Shown here piece by piece: positions 38,688 through 48,375 of a stretch of DNA of 53,508 bases. The notes below the pieces were generated by a model. The model worked only from the letters and a program-made list of their open reading frames with translations. It was not told the origin of the DNA and searched no databases. Numbering within the stretch: the first letter of the stretch is position 1; the number at the start of each line of letters is the position of its first letter. The position numbers and the translations under genes are program-made. The DNA comes from a virus (lineage: Duplodnaviria > Caudoviricetes). Location of the stretch: the IMG/VR virus record IMGVR_UViG_3300046171_000007, positions 1-53,508 of that record, one strand, 5' to 3'.

Positions 38688-39067
38688 CTGTTATCGCCTG
38701 ACCCACTGATTTTCCCGCGCTTGTGTCTGTCTGCGAGTTTTTCAAGATTCTTCTCCATGATATGTCCAAGGTTCATGTCTAGTTCTTCGGCCAGCACAGC
38801 GCAGTACCACAGAACGTCACCAATCTCGTAGCCAATCTCAATCTTCTTAGCTGCGTATTCATCTGGTGGCGCACCGTCACGAATGAACTTCTTAACCTTG
38901 TTAGCAATCTCACCTGCCTCACCTGTCAGGCCAAGAGTCAGATACTCCATAGCCTGATGCTTGGGGAAGATTGCTGTCTCACACGCTTTCTCTTGATACA
39001 GAGATGCCGTAATACTACTCAATTGTTTCTCCTTCATCCACTGTTTAGCCTCTAGTTCCAAGTCCAT
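38684..39067 (-). CDS. mazG: MazG-like nucleotide pyrophosphohydrolase
   Basis: LGLTGEAGE...EIGDVLWY...N.EKL. Confidence 0.88.
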   Translation of the reverse strand: MDLELEAKQWMKEKQLSSITASLYQEKACETAIFPKHQAMEYLTLGLTGEAGEIANKVKKFIRDGAPPDEYAAKKIEIGYEIGDVLWYCAVLAEELDMNLGHIMEKNLEKLADRHKRGKISGSGDNR

Positions 39068-39296
39068 TTAGTTTCTCCAGGTTCTCGAAGTATGCAGTAT
39101 TCCAGCCACGCTGCCATTCACGATACTGCATCGTGTTCTCGTCCATGTTAGGCCGGTTTTCTACGTAAACCTTCTTAGACCTGACTTTGTTAGGGTTAAC
39201 ACTCCTAAAACTGCCACCTTTTTTGAATGCCTCATACCCCCACTCAAACTGAATGCGGAGTGGGGCGTCGTATTTTTTAAGACCATTACGCCTCAT
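39045..39296 (-). CDS. RMF-like protein (83 aa)
   Basis: FEWGYEAFKKG...REWQRGW. Confidence 0.55.
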   Translation of the reverse strand: MRRNGLKKYDAPLRIQFEWGYEAFKKGGSFRSVNPNKVRSKKVYVENRPNMDENTMQYREWQRGWNTAYFENLEKLNGLGTRG

Positions 39297-39516
39297 CAGA
39301 TTCTTCATCCTCTGCCTGTTGTTGAGTAGAACTAACGAGTGCATTCGTGAAAGCATCTTGCGCACCACGAAGCTGGTCAATGCCAAACTGTGCCTGTGCA
39401 ATCTTGCTACTCAGATCACGAAGCTGACTCACCAGATACTTCTGCTGGTCAGTCATTGCCCCAACGTCGTACTCGTCACCATTAATGTTGATAATATCTT
39501 TTTGCTGTTCAGTCAT
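39286..39516 (-). CDS. Small coiled-coil protein (76 aa)
   Basis: GGAG RBS; ININGDEY... Confidence 0.7.
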   Translation of the reverse strand: MTEQQKDIININGDEYDVGAMTDQQKYLVSQLRDLSSKIAQAQFGIDQLRGAQDAFTNALVSSTQQQAEDEESDEA

Positions 39517-39517
39517 T

Positions 39518-39628
39518 TTATTTCTCCTTTGTTTGCTGTTCCATCCACTTGCGAAGGCTGCGCACTTCGTACCATGACCCGAAGGCCATAACCCAAACTG
39601 CAAATAGCACCAGTAGTTCACCTGTCAT
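39518..39628 (-). CDS. Small membrane peptide (36 aa)
   Basis: MTGELLVLFAVWVMAFGSW... Confidence 0.55.
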   Translation of the reverse strand: MTGELLVLFAVWVMAFGSWYEVRSLRKWMEQQTKEK

Positions 39629-39629
39629 T

Positions 39630-39836
39630 TTAATCCCCTTCAGGCCAGTTGTTGAGGATTGCGAGTCGGTCTTCGTGGACAGCCATCTTGTCCATCTCTC
39701 CCTGAATGGCTTCCATGATATCGGAATGCTCACCGATACCTGCAGGGTTCTTGAAGTATGCCTCAATATTCATCATGTGTAAATGAACATTTGCTTGAGC
39801 ATGGTTTTTCAAGACACTAATCATCTTTTCCTTCAT
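39630..39836 (-). CDS. Hypothetical protein
   Basis: NPAGIGEHSDI motif; GGAG RBS. Confidence 0.75.
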   Translation of the reverse strand: MKEKMISVLKNHAQANVHLHMMNIEAYFKNPAGIGEHSDIMEAIQGEMDKMAVHEDRLAILNNWPEGD

Positions 39837-40014
39837 TTGTTACTCCTTCCATATAGCTGTATTCATCGTTGTGTTTATCAACTGCTTTCTCAATCAGAGA
39901 TAATAGACCTTCATTGATAAGTGCTTGTTTGGCTTCATCGTCACACTCAAACACTACGGTAGCGGAACCGTCTTCATGCTCTTCTACCTTTTCAACCTTA
40001 ATCATTCCTATCAC
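39817..40014 (-). CDS. Hypothetical protein
   Basis: EEHEDGSA motif. Confidence 0.7.
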   Translation of the reverse strand: MIGMIKVEKVEEHEDGSATVVFECDDEAKQALINEGLLSLIEKAVDKHNDEYSYMEGVTNEGKDD

Positions 40015-40138
40015 TTTCTTTTTCCTTTTCTTTCTGTTTCATCCACTCTTCATATTGAGGGTGGTGTCGAGGTGGGTTGTATTGCACCCACCCCACACCT
40101 TGTTTCCAGACTTTACCACTATGCTGCGGCAATGTCAA
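39998..40138 (-). CDS. Small hypothetical protein (46 aa)
   Basis: GAGGT plus TTG start; ...WKQGVGWVQYNPPRHHPQYEEW... Confidence 0.5.
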   Translation of the reverse strand: MTLPQHSGKVWKQGVGWVQYNPPRHHPQYEEWMKQKEKEKESDRND

Positions 40139-42059
40139 CTACCTCACACACGCCAGCCGTACATGCCAACTCACGTCCACCTGACGTAGTGTCTTCCTTC
40201 TCGTAGTCTTGCAACCACGTCCAGTCAATAGCTGCTGGCATACGCTTGAGCATCTCACCATACTCTTCAACTGTACAGTCCTGATACGGTGCTTGCTTGT
40301 ATGTATGCTCACTGAATGGCAGGAAGCTGATACCTGACACTTCATCGAAATGTTCATACACCCATGAACCAACTTCCATCCACTCTTCCTCTTTCACAGA
40401 GATGGTAACGGATGGCTTGTGTTCACACCAGTGACGCTGATACATCAGCCACAGTTCAAGCTGCTCAATGGCAGACATGTCGAACCGTGTAACTGCACCC
40501 TGCGGAGACTTCATCGGGAAGCTGAACACTGTTGTGCTGTCTGGCTTCATGACATCTGGTTCCGCTGGAATACCAACACTGACCATGAACTGCGTCAATG
40601 GGTCTTTGTTGTCGCCACGCACTGTACGAATGTAGTATGGATTGTGACGAGCATGGATGCCAGAAGCACTGTCCACAAGCTGTGAGACTGTACCAGACGG
40701 CTTCACACAGGTGATAGCTGCTGACTGCGGAATGCCAAGCTGTTCAGCCATAGCTGCATTAGTCTCAATGGCTTGTTCCTTGAGTGCATTCAGTGTAGCA
40801 CCAATGTTCATACCAAGATGGGCAGACTTACCCGACATCATAGCATTGTCCATGATACCAGTCAGTGACACACCAAGCAGACGTTCTTCCTCTGTGTTGT
40901 TCTTCCATATCTTGCGTAGATATTTGAAGTCAGTCAGTGTGGACTGGAACGTGCCAAGAATAGTGGCAAGGCGAACCTTCTCCGTCAGTGACTGCTGTGT
41001 GTCAGATGCACGTACAACTACCTCAGACAGATTACAGAACTGATAAGGACGCAGGATGATTTCACTGCATGGGTTGCAGCCAAAGTCCTGTTCGTAGTCA
41101 CGCCGACCATTCAGAGATGCTTGCTTCTTTGCAGCCTGACGGTTGAAGATGCCACGTTCACCTGACTTACTCTCGTAAAGTGCAAGCCACTCCCGCATGA
41201 ATGTACCCATCTGCGGCTTCTCTTTGTAGGCAACGCTGTTGTTAGCCAGCGCACGTTGCCCTTCATTCTCCCACCACTGACCTGCTTTGGCATGACGCAT
41301 CTGGTCATCGTTCAGGTTGGACAGGCTGATGAGTGCGCTACGGCGTACTCCGCCGACAACAACAACTTCACCAATCTTACACATCAGGTCATGACATTCA
41401 ATTGGGTACAGGCGACGACCTGCTGCCTTCTTGAACATGTCTACAGTAAACTGGAACAGTTCCTCAAGAGGTGCTGGACCACTGGCCCTGCCACCAAATG
41501 TCTTAAGACGTGCGCCAGCAGGGCGTACTTCAGACATGTCCCACTGAGGAATCTGCCCTGCGTACAGAAGTGAGATAAGTTCACGCAAAGACTTTGCCCA
41601 GCCAGGACGAGAGTCGCCTACCTTGATGACAGTATCTGTGTCGTGCATGTCCTCATTGACAATAGGCAGCTTGTCTGTATGATGTCTCTCCACAGAGAAG
41701 CCAACACCTGTGCCGCACATGAGAATATACATTGTCTCATCGAATGCACGAGGATTATCCACTGGTACGTAGGAGCAATTGTAGCCACCGACGTGACAGC
41801 GATCAAGTGCAGGGCCAGCCGTCATCAATGCTCTCATGCTTGGCATGATGTCTTGGTTAAGCACAGCCTGCTCCAGTTCACTCCTCAGTGAATCAGAAAG
41901 CTGATAGTCATGCTTAGTGACCAGATGCTTAGTAATATAATCAAAGTATCGTGCGACTGTTTCACCCCATGTCTCACGCCTTTGTTCATCTTCCTTCCAT
42001 CGGGCGTACCGTGAGAGGGCGATAAAGTTTTGGTAGTCTGTTGGTAAGTAATTGTTCAT
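40119..42059 (-). CDS. nrdJ: Class II (B12-dependent) ribonucleotide reductase
   Basis: PSMRAL, NC, NPCSEI, TCVKPSGT, C-terminal C...C; no beta-subunit gene seen. Confidence 0.92.
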   Translation of the reverse strand: MNNYLPTDYQNFIALSRYARWKEDEQRRETWGETVARYFDYITKHLVTKHDYQLSDSLRSELEQAVLNQDIMPSMRALMTAGPALDRCHVGGYNCSYVPVDNPRAFDETMYILMCGTGVGFSVERHHTDKLPIVNEDMHDTDTVIKVGDSRPGWAKSLRELISLLYAGQIPQWDMSEVRPAGARLKTFGGRASGPAPLEELFQFTVDMFKKAAGRRLYPIECHDLMCKIGEVVVVGGVRRSALISLSNLNDDQMRHAKAGQWWENEGQRALANNSVAYKEKPQMGTFMREWLALYESKSGERGIFNRQAAKKQASLNGRRDYEQDFGCNPCSEIILRPYQFCNLSEVVVRASDTQQSLTEKVRLATILGTFQSTLTDFKYLRKIWKNNTEEERLLGVSLTGIMDNAMMSGKSAHLGMNIGATLNALKEQAIETNAAMAEQLGIPQSAAITCVKPSGTVSQLVDSASGIHARHNPYYIRTVRGDNKDPLTQFMVSVGIPAEPDVMKPDSTTVFSFPMKSPQGAVTRFDMSAIEQLELWLMYQRHWCEHKPSVTISVKEEEWMEVGSWVYEHFDEVSGISFLPFSEHTYKQAPYQDCTVEEYGEMLKRMPAAIDWTWLQDYEKEDTTSGGRELACTAGVCEVVDIAAA

Positions 42060-42063
42060 ATTG

Positions 42064-42222
42064 TCACTCCATAATTGCTTTAATGTTACGTATGTTTGCA
42101 CCCTCTACTTCGTAAAAGTATTCTTCAATACTGTCTTGTATGTCCTGCGCTACGTTCTCGTCTGCTGGCACTGGATACTCTTCTGGATCAATGTCAAGTG
42201 TTATGAATACTTTAACTCTCAT
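42064..42222 (-). CDS. Small acidic protein (52 aa)
   Basis: MRVKVFITLDIDPEEYPVPADENV...; fills the gap before nrdJ. Confidence 0.7.
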   Translation of the reverse strand: MRVKVFITLDIDPEEYPVPADENVAQDIQDSIEEYFYEVEGANIRNIKAIME

Positions 42223-42514
42223 CATAAAACCCTTCAACCTCTTCGATCAGCTTGTTCAGATACCATCGCGCTTTCTTCAAGTCTTCTGTACCATTCTTGT
42301 AGCGATAACGCCACAGGTACTTCATGATATTGCCCTGCAGATAATACTCATAGCCATCACCTGTTGCAGCACGAATGGCATCAATACACTCAACGCCAGT
42401 CTTGTTGTAGTGTGGTGGAGAATTTACCATGTCCAGCTTGTCGCTTATGCGATTGGCTGTCTTGTTTATTTCTTCCATCATTTTTTCTTTCATGTAAGTC
42501 TCGTGTCTCATCAT
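42212..42514 (-). CDS. DUF3310 (T7 gp1.7 nucleotide kinase-like) protein
   Basis: VNSPPHY...ECIDAI...GNIMKY.WR...EDLKKA.WY. Confidence 0.85.
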   Translation of the reverse strand: MMRHETYMKEKMMEEINKTANRISDKLDMVNSPPHYNKTGVECIDAIRAATGDGYEYYLQGNIMKYLWRYRYKNGTEDLKKARWYLNKLIEEVEGFYDES

Positions 42515-42870
42515 GCACTACCTTTCGTGTTCGTGTTAAAGTTGATAGTAATTACATTTCCATCTACATCTTCAATCAATGGAACCTCTTCCCTTTCGTC
42601 AAACTCATACGTAAAGTATCTGTCTACATAATGTGCAACGAAGTCGCGGAAGTTGTCATCCTGTTCCATCAATGGTATAGTAGATAACATACACTTAACT
42701 ATATACTCCATATCTTGATACAAGTCAACAGGTATATCATGGTTCTGGCTACTGATGACAGAGAAATTTGCTTCTCCGGTATACCTGCCAGTATCTGTTT
42801 TTACCGGACGAACACGAATAAGAAAGTCCTCTTCTGTTACGTGTTCTTCTGTGTTGTTTTCCTCTGTCAT
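42511..42870 (-). CDS. Hypothetical acidic protein
   Basis: ATGA coupling; GNVITINF. Confidence 0.75.
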   Translation of the reverse strand: MTEENNTEEHVTEEDFLIRVRPVKTDTGRYTGEANFSVISSQNHDIPVDLYQDMEYIVKCMLSTIPLMEQDDNFRDFVAHYVDRYFTYEFDEREEVPLIEDVDGNVITINFNTNTKGSA

Positions 42871-43328
42871 TTTTTACTCCTTTTTACTTTAGTTCCTGCA
42901 AATTTAATAAACTTTGGATGCTTGTTTTTCCCTTTCTCTTTTAGCCAATCTTCGGGAATGATCCTGTCATAGTATCTGAATCCATACTTGATACACCATT
43001 CGCCGTAAGTTGACTTCGCCCCCTTGCGTAGCTTTCGTCTGCTGTTCTCAAAGACAAAGCGAATGTCTAGGTTAGGATGCTGACGCTTGATCGCTAAGTG
43101 CTTGCGCCGATCTGCTGCCGTAAACATACCCTTTGTCTCAATGATGACACCATTGGACAGCACGAAGTCAGGTGTATACGTCCTGTAAGCAAGGTCTTCC
43201 CATTCGATCTTGATGGACTCGTAGTCAAACTTTATTTTAAGTCCTACAAGATACTCAGAAATCTTATGCTCAAGGCCGCTACGAAATCCTAACTTACGTG
43301 CTGCCCTAAATCGTTTCGCATTATGCAC
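42867..43328 (-). CDS. T7 endonuclease I-like Holliday junction resolvase
   Basis: FRSGLE, YTPDF, IETKG, DIRFVF; start estimated. Confidence 0.9.
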   Translation of the reverse strand: MHNAKRFRAARKLGFRSGLEHKISEYLVGLKIKFDYESIKIEWEDLAYRTYTPDFVLSNGVIIETKGMFTAADRRKHLAIKRQHPNLDIRFVFENSRRKLRKGAKSTYGEWCIKYGFRYYDRIIPEDWLKEKGKNKHPKFIKFAGTKVKRSKK

Positions 43329-44181
43329 TGTCGTATTCACTCGCCAGTTCAACATACGAAACAATCTTTGGTTCCTTTGCCTGTGACTTCACTGCTGGCA
43401 ACTCTTTCATGTTAGGCCAACATGCTTTGCGATAGTCACAGAACGAACACTCTTTGGCTAGGACTTTGTTACCAGTCGGCTTGCCTCTGAATGTTTCTTC
43501 TACAGGTTCAAAGCAACGCTGAAACTTATTGTCATCAACAGTCTTCACTGTTTTCATAATTTTCATCATCTCTTGTTCAGTGTCTACGCCTGTAGCTGGA
43601 ACATACTTAAAGCTACCATTTGCTTTATTGACTACCCACCAGCCACCAGGTTTTAGTCCAGTAGCTGTAGCATAGCCGACCAACTGTCCCACATAACCGA
43701 AAGCATCTCCACTGCGTAATGTTTCAAACGATGCAAACTTGTTACGATAAGACCAATCAGATGCTGACTTGACATCATCAACAGCACCATCAATAGTAAG
43801 GTCATATGTTCCATTAATTGTATGCTCTCCGATATCCAGAGATACACTTTCCGAATCACCATACTCCACTCCTGCTTCTTTCAGTAGCCCTTTGAATACT
43901 GCTTCCACAATATCTCCAAGCATCATGTTCATGACAAATGTGGTTGGACGAGGCAGGGCTGTCTCAGGCTTGTTCTTCTCGAACCATAGCTGGCACGTGG
44001 GCCTACCAATGTTCGACATACGTAGCCTGAAGTCTCGCTTGTCTGCCCCGCCAAACTGACGTGCAAGCGCACCCATGACATCCAAACCAATCTGTTTGAT
44101 TGTCTCTTGGGACATGGTTGACTTACCATTGGCAGCGTCATCCATATACTTATGCAACGCCAGTTCAGCTGGGTGATTCAT
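43321..44181 (-). CDS. PD-(D/E)XK exonuclease (Cas4/RecB-like)
   Basis: RMSNIG..CQLW, GTYD, DVKS, Q..GY, CSFC...C. Confidence 0.85.
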   Translation of the reverse strand: MNHPAELALHKYMDDAANGKSTMSQETIKQIGLDVMGALARQFGGADKRDFRLRMSNIGRPTCQLWFEKNKPETALPRPTTFVMNMMLGDIVEAVFKGLLKEAGVEYGDSESVSLDIGEHTINGTYDLTIDGAVDDVKSASDWSYRNKFASFETLRSGDAFGYVGQLVGYATATGLKPGGWWVVNKANGSFKYVPATGVDTEQEMMKIMKTVKTVDDNKFQRCFEPVEETFRGKPTGNKVLAKECSFCDYRKACWPNMKELPAVKSQAKEPKIVSYVELASEYDSA

Positions 44182-44182
44182 A

Positions 44183-45055
44183 TCATTCTACCTCTTCAAC
44201 ATCAACGTCAACAAAAGATTCAGCAAGTTCCTTCTCTTCTTGCGTAGCCTTTTGAACATGCTTCTCGTCCCAATCAGACAGCACCCTGCGATTATGGTTC
44301 TCAACCACAGCTTGGAAGTCCCTGAGTAGCTGTTGATCTGCTTCCGTAATCTCATGGATTGTGTCAAGGTCTGCTTCACAGACTGGCACATAGTATGGGC
44401 CATTCGGGCCTTTACGTTCAGCCGTAGACACAATGATGTCGTGCATAATGGGAAGACGACGATGCTGCGCAAACTTGTTTGATACATCACCGAAGTTCTT
44501 GTAACCTTCCTTTACTGCTACATCAAATACAAAGGGTGTGTCCACAAGTTCAGCAGGATTGCCTTCTTCATCCTTTGCATCTACAAAGGTAACAGTCCCA
44601 TACATAGAACGAGTACGCTTGATAGAACGAATGAGAGTCTGCATGTCGTCAGACAAAGCATCGAAGTCCTTGATGTAACCAGAAGGTTTACCACAGTTGA
44701 AGTTACCTTGGTTATCCTTAAGGTCAATGTCCAGATTCTCTGCCATGACTGTCTTCACATAGTTCTTGTTGACCGGATCATACTTCTGGTACAGAAACCT
44801 CTGCATGAACAGGCGCATCCTGATCTTCTCAGCGTACACAGTCTTGCCTTCGATGTTTGCCAAGAAGAATGAACCAGCCGACACGATATCGACATTCATC
44901 ATCTTGCCATTAATCTCTGCCTTACCCTTGATGGGCTGACTGTGAATCTTGATACGGGCAAGGCTACTCTTGCTCTCACCTGTATCTGCAGCCATGCCTA
45001 GCATTTGTGCCATAGCTGCATAGTTGTTGGAATCAATTACTGCGAGTTCACTCAT
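44183..45055 (-). CDS. Single-stranded DNA-binding protein (putative)
   Basis: Between polA and the exonuclease; acidic C-terminus; own promoter. Confidence 0.65.
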   Translation of the reverse strand: MSELAVIDSNNYAAMAQMLGMAADTGESKSSLARIKIHSQPIKGKAEINGKMMNVDIVSAGSFFLANIEGKTVYAEKIRMRLFMQRFLYQKYDPVNKNYVKTVMAENLDIDLKDNQGNFNCGKPSGYIKDFDALSDDMQTLIRSIKRTRSMYGTVTFVDAKDEEGNPAELVDTPFVFDVAVKEGYKNFGDVSNKFAQHRRLPIMHDIIVSTAERKGPNGPYYVPVCEADLDTIHEITEADQQLLRDFQAVVENHNRRVLSDWDEKHVQKATQEEKELAESFVDVDVEEVE

Positions 45056-45090
45056 TTATATTTGCTCCTTTCGTGGAAAATAGAACCGTA

Positions 45091-45119
45091 GTTTTATCAC
45101 ACTACGTCTTTTGTGTCAA
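45091..45119 (-). promoter_or_regulatory. Sigma70 promoter ahead of the SSB gene
   Basis: TTGACA-17 nt-TAAAAC. Confidence 0.8.
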
Positions 45120-47139
45120 GCCAATTTTCACCTATTTTGGCTTCAAGTTCGAGTGGTACATTAAAGACTATGCCCCATCTCATTGTAATTAAACCAGGAA
45201 GATCGTAGTTAGTTTTACTGATAATCTCAATCACCTGACGTTCTTCATCTGGGTGTACGTCAATGACGATACTGTCATGCACAGTGTTGACTACACAAGA
45301 CTGCATACCTACAAGTAGCTTCTCAATGTGAAGCAGGGCAATAGGTACAATGTCTGCTGTAGCGAATGACTGCACCGGATAGTTCTTGATCTGCGTAAAG
45401 TTAGTAACCTTGCCACTCTCAAGACGCTGGACACCATCAAACTTAAACTGCCGACCAGAGGGTGTAGTAATCATCTCTGTAGTCAAAGCCTCTTTAGCCA
45501 GTCGGGTATGCCAATCTGCGATGCCTTGATACTTCTCCGTAAAATGCGTGTAGTATTCTGCTTCTGCTGGCGTTCTGCCGAAGCCCGTTGCTCCATATAA
45601 CGGCGCGAATGTATGCGCCTTCGCTGTCTGTCTATCCGTAGGCTGACCAGCATTGGTAATAACTTCAGCGGTGTATGCGTGTACATCAAATCCAGTAGAT
45701 ACTTCTTCAATAGCTACTCCATCTTGTGACAGGAATGCAGCTGCACGAAACTCAAGCTGTGCAAAGTCTGCTTCCAATACCTTACCATTGGGCCAGCGAG
45801 ATACAAACACCTTCTTAACAGGAAACGTACCACCACGTGGCATGTTCTGCATGTTAGGGTCTGCACCTGACAGGCGTCCAGTGGCAGTCCTATGTTGCAA
45901 TAGTCTGACATGCAACTTGCCATCCTGCTTTGTGTGGACGCGAATGCCATCGACAAAGGATGACAGGTAAGTCTCCACAGCAGATAGTCTGCGAATATTC
46001 CGCAGAAATGATACAGCGTCGTCCATTCCCTTGCTCTTAGCTGCCTTCTCAAGAATCTCAAGATTGTTCTTGCTTGTGCTAAAGCCACCTGCACTAGCCC
46101 ACTTGGCATTGGGCGGTGTAAACTTTAGACCAGCCACTGTTTTAGTTGGCTTGAACAGGAAGCCACTGGCTGCACAGGTGATGCACTTGTTAGGCTTGGC
46201 AAAGGGTGTACCATCCTTCTTCACCTTACGAATGTAACCTGTACCTTTACAGTCACTACATTGCACTGCCTCTGTCTTATACAGATACTCTGTCTGGCTA
46301 CGCACCAAGTCCTTGAAGGGCGTGTCACGCATGTAGGGATGTATCGTATTAGACCACAGGTTCTTGTCCTTCACCTTACGGCTGTAGATTACCCATGACA
46401 ACTGCTCTGGACTGTTGAGATTAATAGGCGTATCACCCATCAGTTCACGAACCTGAGACTGTAGGCTGTCAAGGAGTTCCAACTTTTCTTGTTCAAATTC
46501 CTGGCGCACTTCGTCCAGCTTTGACAGGTCAACTGCAAAGCCACGTTGATAGATACGTGCCAGACATGTAGCCACCTGATTGGTCAGGTCAACTGTACCA
46601 CGCAAGCCAGCATCGTCCTGACTATTCAGCCGAAGCATCAGCTTGTCTGCCAGTTGCTGTGTAGCACGTAGGTCAGCAGACAAATAATCTGACAATTCAG
46701 AATGAGGAATAGTACGAGTGCTATAACCCTTCTTGAAATATTCTTTTAGCGTGTCTTGCTTCTTCGTATCCAAAGCATATCTTTCGGAACACGCCTCAAG
46801 AGACAGAGGTTCCTTGACACCACGCTGTAGCACATACTCTGCCAGCATCGTATCAAATACCGGCCCATCATACTTGAAGCCCGACTCCCACAGCCACAGC
46901 AAATCATAGGCAGCATTGTGGCAGATGAGTACCGTTGCCTCGTCCAACCATTCTTGAACACCCTCATGTCCCATAGGAGTAGCTTGTTCATCTGCATGGT
47001 CAAACGTAACCAACCATTCCTCACCCCTGTCATTCAGCATACCTACCATTGTAAGGCTGTTACTAGCCTCGAATGGATCAAGGTGCATCTTGCCGTCACG
47101 CTGTGTGACAGTATTCTCTACGTCAAGTGTAAGTTTCAT
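45097..47139 (-). CDS. polA: DNA polymerase family A with DnaJ-like Zn-finger insertion
   Basis: Exo LDVE, HN..YD; TGRLS..PNMQN; motif A DFAQLE; motif B KAHTFAPLYG; motif C VHDS; CSDCKGTG...CITCAASG. Confidence 0.95.
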   Translation of the reverse strand: MKLTLDVENTVTQRDGKMHLDPFEASNSLTMVGMLNDRGEEWLVTFDHADEQATPMGHEGVQEWLDEATVLICHNAAYDLLWLWESGFKYDGPVFDTMLAEYVLQRGVKEPLSLEACSERYALDTKKQDTLKEYFKKGYSTRTIPHSELSDYLSADLRATQQLADKLMLRLNSQDDAGLRGTVDLTNQVATCLARIYQRGFAVDLSKLDEVRQEFEQEKLELLDSLQSQVRELMGDTPINLNSPEQLSWVIYSRKVKDKNLWSNTIHPYMRDTPFKDLVRSQTEYLYKTEAVQCSDCKGTGYIRKVKKDGTPFAKPNKCITCAASGFLFKPTKTVAGLKFTPPNAKWASAGGFSTSKNNLEILEKAAKSKGMDDAVSFLRNIRRLSAVETYLSSFVDGIRVHTKQDGKLHVRLLQHRTATGRLSGADPNMQNMPRGGTFPVKKVFVSRWPNGKVLEADFAQLEFRAAAFLSQDGVAIEEVSTGFDVHAYTAEVITNAGQPTDRQTAKAHTFAPLYGATGFGRTPAEAEYYTHFTEKYQGIADWHTRLAKEALTTEMITTPSGRQFKFDGVQRLESGKVTNFTQIKNYPVQSFATADIVPIALLHIEKLLVGMQSCVVNTVHDSIVIDVHPDEERQVIEIISKTNYDLPGLITMRWGIVFNVPLELEAKIGENWLDTKDVV

Positions 47140-47141
47140 AT

Positions 47142-48375
47142 CTATACCTCGTATCTGCCAATAGTGTAATTCAGTTCACAGTGTACCCTGCCATGCCAGC
47201 CAGTTAGTTTGTTCTTGACTACGCACAGATGACGCTGTGTGTCTTCCTCATCCTGCCCATCAACCTGTGGGTTCTTGGCAATCAGCACCATGAGGTCTGC
47301 CTCTGCTGCCTTGCCAGTACGTGAACCTTCCATCATACTCTGGTTCAGGACTGTCTTACCCTCTGCCTCTGCACTCAACTGTGACATATAGAATACAGCA
47401 CAACCATACTGCTTGGCAATCATCCTAGCATAGATGGCGTTAGCCTTGAGTGCTTCATCAGGCCGCGAGTAGCCAGACATTGTAGCGAATTTGTCACCCA
47501 TGTCAAGCACAATAACGTCAGGGTTGTACGACTTACATACACTCTCTACCCATGCCATGTCCCTACCTGTGGAATCCTTGATGCGAATCTTGTCATACAC
47601 AGGACGATACAGATCACGTGCCTTGGCAGGATTGTTCTTGACTTCCCACATGGTGAGGCCAGTTGCTGCTGTCAGATAACGTGCTGCCACACGATGGTAG
47701 CTTTCCTCGTTACACAAGACGATACAGTTGGCACCCTGATGCGCGAAACCACCTGGTCCTGCAATGATGCTGGCATGGAATGATGTCTTACCTGTATTCG
47801 GTCTGGCACCAATCTCAATCAGATGTCCATCGTTTACACCCTCGACTTTACGTGTCAGGGCAGGAATGTTGAATGTCCATCGTGCTTCCAGATCATTCTT
47901 GGCAATGATGGTGTCGATAGATATGTCGTCCCATTCGATGTTCAGCTTGGGCGTGAAGTCGTCACCATACTTTTCAAGAAGCTGCTGTAAGGGTTCCAGA
48001 CTGGCCTTGTCACCATTCACGTAGTCAAACCCCAACTCTGCAATCTCTGCCCCTACAACCTGCTGAAACAGGCGAGAAAGCACCTCTCCAGCTACATCGT
48101 TGCCCAGTGGTTCAGGTGCGCTGGATGGACTGGAAGATGCTGTTGTACGATTCACGCTGCGCTGGCGTCATGGATGGGTTGCTGGATAGGAACAATGCCT
48201 GTACCTCTTCTGGGGTAACAGTGCGACTGTAGCGATCCATTGCCACATCAACTGCCTTCTTAATCTTACGCACGTCAGTGCTGAACAGTCTGTCGGGACA
48301 CCTAGCCCCACGATGATCTTCATAGAAGTCTTTGTTCATCAGACTTCTGACCAGTGATAATTCCATAAGTTCCAT
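47142..48375 (-). CDS. DnaB-like SF4 helicase (apparent 1-nt insertion at about 48115)
   Basis: Walker A GARPNTGKT, NEE, SQL, KNK; joins 48112..48423 and 47142..48155. Confidence 0.9.

Noticed and set aside
40064-40099. Hairpin after nrdJ as a terminator or ncRNA
   Set aside because: No U-tract on the - strand, and it lies in a plausible 46-aa ORF
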